Numbered from the stretch's first letter, positions 1-10,864 are shown. The stretch is DNA of 64,000 bases from Candidatus Moraniibacteriota bacterium (GCA_027008775.1 JALVDV010000001.1:73934-137933); one strand, 5' to 3'. Numbers and translations are program-made. The notes: generated by a model not told the origin, from the letters alone.

Positions 1-1446
1 TTATTGGCAATCATTCCTTCCACCGCCACCGTCGGATCTTTGTAATGTCCGGCATCTTGTTCAATAATCTTTTTTGATTTGGCATTGTACAACTTTACTC
101 CTCGCTTCCGCATTTTTTCCAACAACTCTTTTTTATTGCTGGGCACCTTGGAGGTCTTCTTTACCCCTTTCCCGGTACCGTGAGCCGCCGAAAAAAACGT
201 ATCTTGATTTTCATCCGTGCCCACCCCGATATAAGCGTCAGTACTCATAGAAGAGGGCATAAACAAGGGCTCACCGGTCTCGGCAAATTTGGTTCCTTTC
301 ATCCTGGTCGGCCCGAAAGCTCTGGTAGTGTTACTGCGACTAACAATAACTTCTTCGCCAAAGTGTTCTTCTTTGTTCATATAAACATGAGACATATCGT
401 AAAGAACCCGCAAAGCCTTTTTCTTGCCCAAAACGCGCTCAATCTCTTTTTCCATATGAAATTGAATCATTGTCCGGTTGGCAAAACCATGGTTACCGGC
501 CGCACGATGGGCTAGATAATATTTTTCACCCAATTCCGACTGACTGTCAATCGGATAAAACTCATCTCGCCTGGCCCAACGAGGCAAATCTTTTTCCAGA
601 GAGCGATGCCAATCAACTTTATCATTCAAAAAAGTGAAGCGAGACAATTCCAAAACCATCTTTTGACTAAAGTGTTCCTTTTGTTTGGGGGTGTAAAAAT
701 AGCTGGCATACTGACCAAACAAACCGGAACCGGTATGCAATAAAAAAACATATTGACCGGGATGCAAAGAAAATTTTTTGGCAATTCGCTCATCCAAGAC
801 TTCCTCAATTTTCATCAAATCCAAAAAATGATTACCGGCCGCCCCCAGAACCCCCAAACGAAGCTGAGCCAAACGAAAAAACAAGCGGGGCAGGGCGGAA
901 AACAAATCCTTGTCAGTCACTTTTTCCTCTCCAAACATATTCCCGCGGAAAAGGAAATTTTCATTCATTTCTTCATCCATTCCCAAATAGCGAGTTAGAG
1001 CTTTATTTCCTTGGCGGGAAATATCCAAGATTACCCGATGAGGTACCCAAGAGCCAACATAAGCTTTGGTCGGCACTGTCTCTACCAAACGCCGAAACAA
1101 TTCATCTATTTTTTTCTCCGATAAATTATCCTCACTAAAAGGAGTAGTCATCAATCGCATCCCGCAGTTAGGCGCCGTATCTAGCAACTGAGGTAGAAAA
1201 TATCTCTTGGTCGCCACCACCGTCCCGGACGGGTTCTTCCGACCCGGTTTGCGATGGATATCACTCAAAGCATTGGTATGGTGAAAAACATGTTCATTGG
1301 AAGCCACCTTGATCAACTTCTCAATCGTCCGTTCATCCGGCATTAACTCCTTGGAGATATGAAAAACCACCGGCACTCTTTGTTTGCCCCGCGGGCGAAT
1401 AATTTGTTTATATTTATTTATTTCTTCTATTTCAAATTTAGTCATT
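1..1446 (-). CDS. rtcB: RNA-splicing ligase RtcB (3' end runs off the window start; N-terminal ~481 aa present)
   Basis: Manual translation of the minus strand from ATG at 1446-1444 (AGGAAAAG RBS upstream) gives a continuous ORF. It contains RtcB-like motifs: GNHF, HTGSG (cf. HSGSRG), EEHFGEE...SRSNTTRAFG (cf. QHFGEE...TRKGA), and AAHGTGKG (cf. SHGAGR). No in-frame stop occurs before position 1, which is why the ORF track omits it. Confidence 0.8.
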
Positions 1447-1496
1447 TTCTTTTCCTAATTTTTAATTTTGCTTCTTCTTTTATTCCTTTCCCCCTT

Positions 1497-2750
1497 CTAC
1501 AACCTCTGGTATATATCGTTATATTCCTCCGCTACCAATTTGATATCAAATTTTTTTTGGGCGAAACGGCGAGCATTGCTGGCCAAACGCTCCCTTTCCG
1601 CTGGATTATCATAGAGATCCTCAACAATCTTAATCAACTCATTTCTGTCACCCGACTTGATTATAACAGCATTGTCATAGTTGGCAAACTCCCGCAACAA
1701 AGGCAAATCGGATAAGATCACCGCTTTCTGACAAGCCATTGATTCCGGAATTACCAATGGAACATCAAACTTTCCGTTCATATTATGAATAGGGTAAATC
1801 ATCAAATCTTGCAGGTTGAAAAGTTCACTCATATCCACTACTTCATAGTCCAGTTCATCTTCAAAAACAACCTTGGTCAACAGGCCTCTGTTTTGCAACT
1901 CGTTTTTAACAATTTCCTTTCGACGCGCATCTTTTTCATTCTTTATTCGTAATGCCAAAAACAAACGCAAAGAGGAAATTTTCTTTTCCAAACGAGCGAA
2001 AGCCTCCAAAACATCTCGCAATCCACCCAAACGAGAATACTCCCCGGCAAACATCATTACAAAATCATTTTTTTTTAATCCGGACTTCCTCAAAAGATTA
2101 GCTGATTTTTTGCGTGGAGAAAATTTTTCCAAATCAATTCCCGGATAGATATGTTGTACATTGGAAAAGCCTAAATCCTTTAATTTATTTCTACTGTAAG
2201 CGGAATAAGTCACCAATAAATCGGCAAACATATTTTTCTTGATTTCCTTGTCTGTCAAAAGATCCTCCCGCAGAGTGGGAATGGTCTGAATGGTCTTGCT
2301 CTGCCTCGGTAAAAGAAACCTTTTAATCAACCAGGTATTTAATTTGGAAGGAGTGAAAAAATATTGAACAATATCAAACTTGTTTTTCGCTTTCCATTGA
2401 AAAAACAAGGAACGCAATTTTTGCGAAAAAGTTATATCGTTTTCCGCCACCGTGTAAATGGGGTGTTGTCTAATATTTTTGGGCAGAGCGGGATTGTATT
2501 CTCGCAAATCACTTTTAGTCAACAAGTGAATTTCCAATTCCGGGTTAATTTGCGCCACATTAATAGCCAAGTTGTAAGCAAAATTTTTACTGGCCTCATC
2601 CCAAGGCGGAGAGAGAGGGCGGGTAACAAATAAAATTTTCTTTCGCACCGCCAATTCCTTGTCAATTTCCGTCGGATAAAAATCATCCAAAACTGTTGCT
2701 TCGGAAACCGCTTCTGAAGTTGATTGTAGAATCTCTTTTTTCTCAGACAT
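1497..2750 (-). CDS. Glycosyltransferase family 4 (GT-B, group 1)
   Basis: 417-aa ORF. The C-terminal half has the GT4 EX7E-like region (PESMACQKAVILSDLPLLREF...IIKSGD), with typical length and architecture. Confidence 0.7.
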   Translation of the reverse strand: MSEKKEILQSTSEAVSEATVLDDFYPTEIDKELAVRKKILFVTRPLSPPWDEASKNFAYNLAINVAQINPELEIHLLTKSDLREYNPALPKNIRQHPIYTVAENDITFSQKLRSLFFQWKAKNKFDIVQYFFTPSKLNTWLIKRFLLPRQSKTIQTIPTLREDLLTDKEIKKNMFADLLVTYSAYSRNKLKDLGFSNVQHIYPGIDLEKFSPRKKSANLLRKSGLKKNDFVMMFAGEYSRLGGLRDVLEAFARLEKKISSLRLFLALRIKNEKDARRKEIVKNELQNRGLLTKVVFEDELDYEVVDMSELFNLQDLMIYPIHNMNGKFDVPLVIPESMACQKAVILSDLPLLREFANYDNAVIIKSGDRNELIKIVEDLYDNPAERERLASNARRFAQKKFDIKLVAEEYNDIYQRL

Positions 2751-2836
2751 ATCTTCTATTTAACCATTAGACTTGACTTTTAATATTATACAGGTAAAAT
2801 TATTTTTTCCAAAAACAAAAAGAGAGGAGGAAAAAA

Positions 2837-3070
2837 ATGGAAAACTGGAGAAAGGTGGAAATTTCCGCCGAGCAGTTATCGCTCCTGCGAAAAATTTCCA
2901 CCAAACCCAATTCTTTCCTCTGGCAGAAATTGTCAGAGGAAGAAAAAATTGTGGCCAAAAAACTGATGAAGAAGGGACTGGCCATCGGTATAAATGGCCA
3001 TCCCACGCCCCAGTATCTGAGAATTTCAGATCTGGGGTGGAAAATTCTCGGGAGATTCAAAATCTCCTGA
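2837..3070 (+). CDS. Small hypothetical protein (77 aa)
   Basis: ORF preceded by a strong RBS (AGAGGAGGAAAAAAATGG); no recognisable domain. Confidence 0.4.
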   Translation: MENWRKVEISAEQLSLLRKISTKPNSFLWQKLSEEEKIVAKKLMKKGLAIGINGHPTPQYLRISDLGWKILGRFKIS

Positions 3071-3110
3071 GAAACAAACGGGGTCTCGTCTTAAATAAAC
3101 GGGACCTCTT

Positions 3111-3533
3111 TTATTTTTTCAACCATTTACCCAAGTAAATTTTCTTCTTGTTCGTTTTTAAAAAAACTTTTACCAACAAAATTTTTTCTTTTGTCAAATT
3201 TTCCGCTAATTGGCCGTCCGGCAAATCAACAATTTTTTCCGCGCCGCTGGCTAGATCAATCTCTTTGGCAACCGTTCCCAACTCCTTTCCTTGTCCGCTC
3301 AAAAAGTGCCATTCCAATCGTCCAGATAAGCGCCGTCCGGTATGGTTTCGTACCAGCACCGCCAGGCTATCTTTTTGCCTATTGTCGGACAAACTTTGCC
3401 AAGCCAATGTCAATCCCGTTTTTTCACCGGCTTCTTCAATTTTCCTACTCCCATAAGTAAACAAAACACCACTGAAAACAATCAACAACAAAACAACTAA
3501 TCCGACTCCCAATTTTTCTTTACGGTTTAACAT
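3111..3533 (-). CDS. Hypothetical membrane-anchored protein
   Basis: 140-aa ORF with an N-terminal hydrophobic helix (LGVGLVVLLLIVFSGVLF) followed by a soluble domain. Confidence 0.45.
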   Translation of the reverse strand: MLNRKEKLGVGLVVLLLIVFSGVLFTYGSRKIEEAGEKTGLTLAWQSLSDNRQKDSLAVLVRNHTGRRLSGRLEWHFLSGQGKELGTVAKEIDLASGAEKIVDLPDGQLAENLTKEKILLVKVFLKTNKKKIYLGKWLKK

Positions 3534-3565
3534 AGCAAAAACTTACAAATTAATGAATACTGGTA

Positions 3566-5593
3566 TCAGCGACTCTTGTAATCAGAATCATTCGCAACTT
3601 TGGGCAAGTCAAATCTTTCCCAAACAACCACGTTTTCACCAACATACACCGGCTGAAACTCCGGTTTTTTGGCAAAATTGACATCCTCATAACCTTTCCG
3701 GACAACAAGATATTTCGTTCCCGTTTTAGCAAAACATTTTTCCGCCTCGGCCGAGAAAGGTCGGGACATCATTTCTCGTGTACAAGTTTCTCGTTGCGAA
3801 TAAGGATCATCATAACGACGATCATAGGTTCGGGAAAGAGGGTACCGGTAGCCTCTCATAAAAAATAGCTTCATCCAAGTATCCCCGGGAAGAAAACGAT
3901 GATCCTTCAAAATAATGTCTTTTGCCGAAGTCCTTTCCGCCAAATAAACAGCCGACAAATAAGTCTGCATTACCGCCGAATTTTCAACTTCCCGATGCTG
4001 ATTGACGTTTATTTCCCGAGCCAAACCAACCACAGATAAAACTCCCAAGAAAAATACCAGCCACCAGGTTATCACCTGCTTGTTCAGTTTACTATACAAC
4101 CAGCCCAAGAAATAAACAAAACCAAAACCGGCCAACAAAGAAACAGGAAAAGTCAAATAGGTGATAATCCTCCGCGAAGGAATATCAACCATCAGCCAAG
4201 CCGGTTTCCAACTCATCAAAAAAATAATTCCCGCCCATAGCCACAACAAAGAAAGCCCCGCCAATGGCCAAATCAATTCTTCTTTCGGCCTCTTTTGTTC
4301 CTGCCGAAAACGGCGCCAATAAAGAATCAATGCCAGGAAGGAAATAAAAACAAAAATCAAAGCAAAGGTGACACGCCAAGCTCCCAAACGATCAACAATG
4401 GTCATCAGAGAAAAGCCCACTCGCGTTAATTTTACCGGCTCGCCTACAGCCGTTTTAACCGCCCCCGGATTTAAGTAAGAGGGAGTTCTAACAATCGTTA
4501 AAAAAACAATTCCCAGTAAAATCAAAAAGAGAGATGTTGGTTGCCAAAACAAAAACAAAGGTTTTTTGATGATCTGCCAAATTCTTTTGAATTTAAGACC
4601 CTGGAAGACAAAAAGCAAAGTTAACCAACCCAGCAGAAGAGCTAATAAAACATAAAGCAAAGCAAAAGTGGAAAGATGGTGGGTATAAAGCAAAACCAAC
4701 AAAGAGATAATAAACAAATTAGCGAAAACAACTCTTTTTTCTTTTAACAACAAAAGTAAAGAATAGATGGCCAACAAAAAGAAAAAATTGCCCATCACAT
4801 TGCCTACCACACCGCCGGAAACAAATTTAATTTGCGGAGGAGTTATGGCGTAAAAAACTGAACTCAGAAAAAAAATCGCCAAAGCGCTGTCCCAAACGGT
4901 AATCCGAGGAAGAGACTGAAAAAGTTTTTTCAACAGCTTGTTAAAAAGCCCGGCCAAATAATAACTGAGAGCAAAAAGCAACAATAAACTCAAAACATTA
5001 AAAAGGGATAACCAGAGAATCGGAAGGGGACTGAGATAAGGAATATGCGTCATGATATTAATGGCCGCCAAGGATAAATGTTCGCCAATAATAAATTTTT
5101 CCGAATAATGTGGTAAAGATCCTTTTATACTGATGTAATTGGCCCAATAAATATGGTGCCCCAAATCGGTCGTCTTGGGAAAAATACCATCCGCCAAATA
5201 TTTCCCTCGGATTAATAAAGCTAAACTGAAAACCAAAATAAATAAAAGAATTTGCCGATAAGAAGGGGCAATATAGTCATTCTTTTCTTTCTCGTCGTTT
5301 TTCTCTTTTTTTTCAATGAAAGTCTGTCGCCATTTTTTTCCCGCCCACAAAAGAAAACAAAGAACTAAAACCGCCAACAATAAATTCTTGCGAGTAATAC
5401 CCAGGTGAAAATAATCCATACCAAGCATCAAAAAATCAATTACCGCCACCCCCAAGCCAAAAACAACAGGAATTATTTCCCAAAAAGAGAATTTTCTCTT
5501 TTCCGACACCAATAACAACCGCCACAACAGATAACCGGGACAAACAAAAAGAAAAAACAGGGCAAAATAATAAAGCAACAATTGGCTAAACAT
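3566..5593 (-). CDS. Large polytopic membrane protein, GT-C-like glycosyltransferase candidate with C-terminal soluble domain
   Basis: 675 aa with more than 12 predicted hydrophobic helices followed by a ~150-aa hydrophilic C-terminal domain. Located in a glycosyltransferase neighbourhood. Confidence 0.5.
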   Translation of the reverse strand: MFSQLLLYYFALFFLFVCPGYLLWRLLLVSEKRKFSFWEIIPVVFGLGVAVIDFLMLGMDYFHLGITRKNLLLAVLVLCFLLWAGKKWRQTFIEKKEKNDEKEKNDYIAPSYRQILLFILVFSLALLIRGKYLADGIFPKTTDLGHHIYWANYISIKGSLPHYSEKFIIGEHLSLAAINIMTHIPYLSPLPILWLSLFNVLSLLLLFALSYYLAGLFNKLLKKLFQSLPRITVWDSALAIFFLSSVFYAITPPQIKFVSGGVVGNVMGNFFFLLAIYSLLLLLKEKRVVFANLFIISLLVLLYTHHLSTFALLYVLLALLLGWLTLLFVFQGLKFKRIWQIIKKPLFLFWQPTSLFLILLGIVFLTIVRTPSYLNPGAVKTAVGEPVKLTRVGFSLMTIVDRLGAWRVTFALIFVFISFLALILYWRRFRQEQKRPKEELIWPLAGLSLLWLWAGIIFLMSWKPAWLMVDIPSRRIITYLTFPVSLLAGFGFVYFLGWLYSKLNKQVITWWLVFFLGVLSVVGLAREINVNQHREVENSAVMQTYLSAVYLAERTSAKDIILKDHRFLPGDTWMKLFFMRGYRYPLSRTYDRRYDDPYSQRETCTREMMSRPFSAEAEKCFAKTGTKYLVVRKGYEDVNFAKKPEFQPVYVGENVVVWERFDLPKVANDSDYKSR

Positions 5594-6010
5594 AAATTCA
5601 TAAACAAATTAAAACCGTTTAAAGTATAACATAGCCCCAAAAATTGACAATCATCTATACCACCTAAGTAAATACCGTCAAAAAACAACTCTTTTTATAA
5701 TTCTACCATATTAACATTGAAAGAATTGGGAGTCTTTCTTAGAGTGTTTTTTCGGATAATTTGGCGCATCCTCTTAATATCCATCTTAGAATAGTGAAAC
5801 ATTCGGAAAAAATTAAAAATTTTCTAATCAGAATCAATTCTGTCAAACCTTTCCCTTTGTCAAACCTTTTCTCTTTGTCAGATTTTTATTCTTTGAAACT
5901 TGAAAACAAAATTACCTCACATTCACAATGAACTACCCCGCAGCAAGCTGACGGGGAATTCTTTTTGATTAAACAAAATCTCAATTCAAACAAAATCTCA
6001 ATTTTTCCTA

Positions 6011-6038
6011 TACTACCATATTACGTAATATGGTAGTA
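6011..6038. promoter_or_regulatory. 28-bp perfect palindrome TACTACCATATTACGTAATATGGTAGTA in divergent intergenic region
   Basis: Read directly from the sequence: the two 14-nt arms are exact reverse complements. A half-site-like copy CTACCATATTAAC occurs at ~5704. It lies between divergently transcribed genes (5593 minus, 6421 plus). Confidence 0.5.
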
Positions 6039-6420
6039 TCAGTATTGAAACCATTTTCATTTTTTCGTAAGTAAGAACGAAGAGTAAAGTGAGAATACAA
6101 TATTTTTTAGTCACTGATAATCCGGATATCCGACCGCAGAAAACGCCGTTATACAACCATACAATTTTGCGCAACGATAGAAATAACGACGGAAAAGATG
6201 TTGTCGGTCTGTCTTTCACCGATTTTTATTTTTACTTTAATGAAAGCGCCTTTACTACAAACCACCGGTTTTAAAACCATATTTTGCAAACAATCAATTG
6301 GCTCTTGTTTAAGGAAAGCAACCCATTTAACAACAATACCACTGCTCCGAACTGTAACACATCATTTAAAGATTTTTTACAGCTGTGTTATTATGGTGAA
6401 ATGAGATTTTTATTAAACCA

Positions 6421-7002
6421 ATGAAAAAGAAAACTGAAAATTTAGTTCTGGCTCTATTCCTGATATTTCTAGGCTATTTTTTTGGCGACATCTCAGTCAA
6501 AATAAAAGAAAGCAAAAAGCCGACTCTTCCTAAAGAGGGAACAGCTACTCAACCAGATAATGCCAAGACACCCTTTCCCGATTTAAAAACTCTTCACCAA
6601 GACCTCAGAAAAGGTCGGGTTAAATATGTTATTGACGGCGACACAATTATCCTGCAAAACAGAGAGAAGGTGCGATACATTGGTATTGACGCTCCTGAAC
6701 GGGGAGGATGTTGGTATGAAACCGCCAAGCGCTATAACCAAAGACTTGTTGCCGGACAAACGATACAACTGGAAAAAGACAAATCTAACCGCGACCGCTA
6801 CCAAAGGCTGCTGCGTTACGTCTATTTGGAGAAGACAAATCCTCCACAGAGAATTTTTGTTAACTTAGAACTGATCAAAGCCGGTTTGGCTCAGGCCAAG
6901 GAATATAAACCGGACACCAAGTATCATCACTTATTTTCCGAAGCAGAAAAAGTCGCCCGCCAAAATAAACTTGGTCTTTGGAGTAATCAATGCGCTCCCT
7001 AA
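6421..7002 (+). CDS. Thermonuclease / staphylococcal-nuclease-like secreted nuclease
   Basis: N-terminal TM/signal sequence. Contains the SNase motifs VIDGDTI, IGIDAPE, DRYQRLL and VNLELIKAGLA. Confidence 0.8.
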   Translation: MKKKTENLVLALFLIFLGYFFGDISVKIKESKKPTLPKEGTATQPDNAKTPFPDLKTLHQDLRKGRVKYVIDGDTIILQNREKVRYIGIDAPERGGCWYETAKRYNQRLVAGQTIQLEKDKSNRDRYQRLLRYVYLEKTNPPQRIFVNLELIKAGLAQAKEYKPDTKYHHLFSEAEKVARQNKLGLWSNQCAP

Positions 7003-7021
7003 AAAGCTGATAAAAATAAAA

Positions 7022-8218
7022 TTACAAATTTTTCAGAACTTCTAAATAACGTCTGCCAATATTTTCCCAACTGAAGTTCTCCAAAGTATAGCGACGCGCC
7101 TGTTTAATAAATTCCTCTTTCTCAAATCCCGGAGATAGCACTTCTTCAATTTTGTTTTTCCAAGCCAAAGAATTCTCCGGTTCCAACAGAAAACCGTTAA
7201 CGCCGTCCTTAATGGCGTCTTTTAAGCCTTGCAAATCGGCTGCCAAAACTATTCTCTTACAAACAACTGCCTCCAAAGCATTGATGCCAAAACCTTCCGC
7301 CGAGCCTTTAATTTCAATGTTGGGGCTAATATACAAATCAGCCGTATTAAAAAGAATATTCATTTCTTTTTGCGGAACATTGGGAAACAGAATCACCCGC
7401 TTCTCCAAAGAATGTTTTTTAATATATTTTTGACAAGTAGTGTAATTTTCTTTGTCTCCGGCTGTTCGTGGATTATAACCGCCGGCGCCCACTAAAACAT
7501 AATCATCCGGCAAAAGAGGCATCACCTTGTCAATAAACCAATGTAATCCTTTGTGCGGAACAAAACGTCCCACTCGCAAAATAATTTTTTTGTCAGCGAA
7601 AAAAGAAATATCTTTCCCGGTTTTTCCCGCCAAAAGTTTCTCCAATTCCAACCGACTATGAGGTTCAAAAACTTTTTCCACATCAACCCCGTTGGGGATA
7701 AAAACACATTTTTCCCTTTCAATACCCAACTTCACCGCTTCCCCAATGGCATAATTGCCAACCATAATCAACTTGTCCAGACTGCGCAAAGCCGGAATAT
7801 TAAAAAATTTATACACCTTTCCCAAAAAGGTGTCTTGATAAACATAAGTCAAATCCAGAGCGTGAATAACGCTGACAAATTTTTGTCGTCTGTAAAAAAA
7901 ACGGAAAAATCTTCCCACCGGCGCTAAAACACCGTCACCAAAAAGAACAACATCATATTTTGGCAAAAGAAAAGGCAACCGTCCCATTAATCTCAATAGA
8001 AAAAAAGGCAGATTTTTTTTACCTTTTTTATTGGCAATTATCCTGGTTGTCGTTAATTTACGTAGAGCTTTCCCTAAGTTATAATTCTGGTCCTCAATCC
8101 CTCCCAGAACGGGCGGATAGGCTCGCGAAATAAATAAAACCCTCAGATCTTTTTTGACAATATCTTTTGACATTCTCCGAAGAATTAACTCATTTTCCGC
8201 CGACGCGCTTTCCGCCAA
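7022..8218 (-). CDS. Glycosyltransferase family 4 (group 1)
   Basis: 398 aa with a C-terminal GT4 signature (EGFGINALEAVVCKRIVLAADLQGLKDAIKDGVNGFLLEPEN). It overlaps the upstream gene by 34 bp, so an internal start (MSKDIVKK, ~8173) is possible. Confidence 0.75.
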   Translation of the reverse strand: MAESASAENELILRRMSKDIVKKDLRVLFISRAYPPVLGGIEDQNYNLGKALRKLTTTRIIANKKGKKNLPFFLLRLMGRLPFLLPKYDVVLFGDGVLAPVGRFFRFFYRRQKFVSVIHALDLTYVYQDTFLGKVYKFFNIPALRSLDKLIMVGNYAIGEAVKLGIEREKCVFIPNGVDVEKVFEPHSRLELEKLLAGKTGKDISFFADKKIILRVGRFVPHKGLHWFIDKVMPLLPDDYVLVGAGGYNPRTAGDKENYTTCQKYIKKHSLEKRVILFPNVPQKEMNILFNTADLYISPNIEIKGSAEGFGINALEAVVCKRIVLAADLQGLKDAIKDGVNGFLLEPENSLAWKNKIEEVLSPGFEKEEFIKQARRYTLENFSWENIGRRYLEVLKNL

Positions 8219-9159
8219 CGACGCAACTTTTCCCGGTAAGCCAAATACTCAATCATTTGCCGATTGGTCTTGGTCATATCGGACAGCAGGGCAAAGACCA
8301 AAAACTGTAAACCGACCAAGAAGAAAGCGATAGCTACCAAAAGATGATTGCGGTAGGGCGTAATTTGCAAGTTGGGTAAATAAAGATAAAGAAAAACAGC
8401 AAAAAACACTCCCGACAGAGATATCAAAACCAAACCGGGCAAACCGAAAAATTTCATCGGTCGCACATCTCTGATGGCCTTAATAATAATTTTAAAACTG
8501 TTATTAACAAAAGACCAAACACTTTTCACAATCCTTGATTGTCGGTCCTCAAAATATCTCACTCTGACCGGGATCCATTTTAGTTTCAATTTTTTTCCGA
8601 TGGCGTCAATAATCGTTTCCTGAGTGTAGGTAAAACCGGTCACCTGATTCAGGCGCAACAAGGCCTCTCGGCTGTGCGCTCGAAAACCGCAAGTCAAATC
8701 ATGAATTTCCACATTCAAAAAAGCTCCCACCACTTTGGCCGCCAATCTGTTCAAAAAACTTTTCAAAAAGGGAATGCCTTCCGCCGTTCCCCGATTAAAT
8801 CTGTCGCCAATGGTAATATCCGCCTCACCACTTAAAATAGGAGCAACCATTTCCGGAATCTGTCGGGAATCAAACTGACCATCGGCATCAATATTAACCA
8901 TTAAATCAGCCCCGTTATCTATAGCGCTTTCCACCGCCGTGTTGAAAACCGCTCCCAAACGACGGTTGGTGGAATGGGAAACAACAATATCGGCGCCGGC
9001 CTCCTTGGCCACTTCAGCCGTACTGTCTCGCGAACCATCATCAACCACCTGCACCAACACCTCGGAAATTCCGGCTATCTCCCGCGGAACACTTTTAACG
9101 GTCTTGGCGATATTCTTCGCTTCATTGTAAGCGGGAATATTTACTATCAATTTTTTCAT
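8185..9159 (-). CDS. GT2 polyprenol-phosphate glycosyltransferase (Dpm1/GtrB-like) with C-terminal TM helices
   Basis: Contains VNIPAYNEAKNI...VVDDGSRDST...NIDADGQ (GT2 DxD). The C-terminal hydrophobic segments are typical of the GtrB/DPM synthase family. Confidence 0.75.
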   Translation of the reverse strand: MKKLIVNIPAYNEAKNIAKTVKSVPREIAGISEVLVQVVDDGSRDSTAEVAKEAGADIVVSHSTNRRLGAVFNTAVESAIDNGADLMVNIDADGQFDSRQIPEMVAPILSGEADITIGDRFNRGTAEGIPFLKSFLNRLAAKVVGAFLNVEIHDLTCGFRAHSREALLRLNQVTGFTYTQETIIDAIGKKLKLKWIPVRVRYFEDRQSRIVKSVWSFVNNSFKIIIKAIRDVRPMKFFGLPGLVLISLSGVFFAVFLYLYLPNLQITPYRNHLLVAIAFFLVGLQFLVFALLSDMTKTNRQMIEYLAYREKLRRWRKARRRKMS

Positions 9160-9284
9160 AAGAATTTGCTTAAAAATAAATTTCTGCCTAAAAAATACCT
9201 CCGGCCAATTCTCAACAATTTACTTTTCAAACTATTTTTCCTTTTCAACAACCATTCTTTGGCAACAGTCTGTCAGCGCCCTCA

Positions 9285-10613
9285 TCAACGGCCAATTCCT
9301 TTATAAACCACTCCCGCCTTTTCAATATCATCCTTGTCCAAAGCGTTAACTCCGTCAACAATAACTTTAACCTTATACTCTTTCAACATTTCACCATCCA
9401 GGTCTTGAAATTCCCGATGATTGGTTACCAAAATAACCGCCTCCGCTTCTCGCAAAAGCTCAGTCAAGGAATTAACATCGGAACGCTTGGGAATATGCGG
9501 ATCAAAAGAAACTATTTCCGCCTTCTTTTTACGTAGCTCCGCCACAATATCATAGTAGGGCGATTCCCGATCGTCATCAACATTCGGTTTGTAGGCAATC
9601 CCCAGCAAACCAACCTTTGTTCCGTTCAAAGGCATTTTTAAATCATTCAATTTTTCTTGCAAAAGACTAACTGTATAAGCCGGCATAGAATTGTTAATCG
9701 CTCGGGATGTTCGTAAAAATTTGTGATCAAAACCGGCTCTCTTCGCGCGCTCAATCAAATAATAAGGATCAACCGGAATACAGTGCCCGCCAATACCGCG
9801 ACTGGGGTAGTGCGCCAAGAAAGCAAAAGGTTTGGTAGCCGCTCCGTCAATTACATCCTTAACATCAATTCCCAAGACATCAAAAGATTTGGCCAATTCA
9901 TTGACAAAAGCAATATTAATATCTCTGAAAGAATTTTCCACCACCTTGCAAGCCTCCGCCTCTCTAATGTGTTTCATCGGCTTAATTGGCGCGTCAATAA
10001 TCGTCTCGTAAAACCGCAACGCTTTCCGTAAACCCTCTTGGGTAAAGGCTCCCACCACTCGCGGAATGTTGGTCACGTTCCACTTGGGATCTCCGGGATT
10101 TATTCTCTCCGGACAATGAGCGATAAAAACATCTTTGCCAACTTCATGTCCCTTCGCCTCAAAAATTGGTTTGACAATTTCTTCACTGACTCCCGGATTA
10201 ACCGTAGATTCCAAAACAACCAAAGCGCCCGGTTTTAAATTCTCGGCCACACTCTCCGAAGCTTGCCGAACCGGACCAATATCCGGATTGTGAAATTCGT
10301 CCACCGGCGTCGGCACACAAATTAAAACAATATCACACTCTTTGATTCTGGCAGTGTCGGTAGTGGCCTCAATGGGGTTTTCTGGCAATTTTTTTTCCAA
10401 ATACTCATCCTCAATAGGGGATTGCCCGGAATTGATAATGTCCGCTTTTTCTTGGGTTCTTTCAAAACCCAGAACCCGAAACCCTTTTTCCCTGGCTCTA
10501 ACAGCCAAAGGCAAGCCGACATAACCCAGGCCGACCACTCCTACCGTTTCTCTTTCAAGTTTTTGACTTCTATCTTTTTCTTTTCTTTTTTCCGTCTTTG
10601 TTTTTTCAGACAT
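9285..10613 (-). CDS. Nucleotide-sugar dehydrogenase (UDP-glucose/GDP-mannose 6-dehydrogenase family)
   Basis: N-terminal Rossmann motif VGVVGLGYVGLPLAV. Contains the catalytic-region motif GGHCIPVDPYYL and a C-terminal UDPG_MGDP_dh domain. Confidence 0.8.
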   Translation of the reverse strand: MSEKTKTEKRKEKDRSQKLERETVGVVGLGYVGLPLAVRAREKGFRVLGFERTQEKADIINSGQSPIEDEYLEKKLPENPIEATTDTARIKECDIVLICVPTPVDEFHNPDIGPVRQASESVAENLKPGALVVLESTVNPGVSEEIVKPIFEAKGHEVGKDVFIAHCPERINPGDPKWNVTNIPRVVGAFTQEGLRKALRFYETIIDAPIKPMKHIREAEACKVVENSFRDINIAFVNELAKSFDVLGIDVKDVIDGAATKPFAFLAHYPSRGIGGHCIPVDPYYLIERAKRAGFDHKFLRTSRAINNSMPAYTVSLLQEKLNDLKMPLNGTKVGLLGIAYKPNVDDDRESPYYDIVAELRKKKAEIVSFDPHIPKRSDVNSLTELLREAEAVILVTNHREFQDLDGEMLKEYKVKVIVDGVNALDKDDIEKAGVVYKGIGR

Positions 10614-10864
10614 AAATTTTCCTTACATTTTACTCCTTCAATGGTAACACAACTATTTTTCCCAATCAACCTGAAACAAGATCCGGCAAAAATCCGTCCA
10701 AGGAAAGACTTGTTAAAAAAGAAGAAAAATTATACAATGCCAAAAAACAAACAACGAAAAAATTTCCGGAACTGAACCAAAAAAGATTCCGATAAACACG
10801 CGCATCATAAATGACAAACTGCAAATGTAATTAACAACAAATTTTAAACATTAAAACAAAAACC

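Noticed and set aside
180-998. Plus- and minus-strand ORFs of 60-111 aa inside the first 1 kb
   Set aside because: They lie inside the convincing minus-strand rtcB reading frame, which carries RtcB motifs along its whole length. They are antisense or off-frame artefacts.
6013-6404. Three 61-68-aa ORFs in the 5.6-6.4 kb spacer
   Set aside because: They are overlapping, on both strands, AT-rich with no RBS. This is more consistent with a non-coding regulatory spacer.
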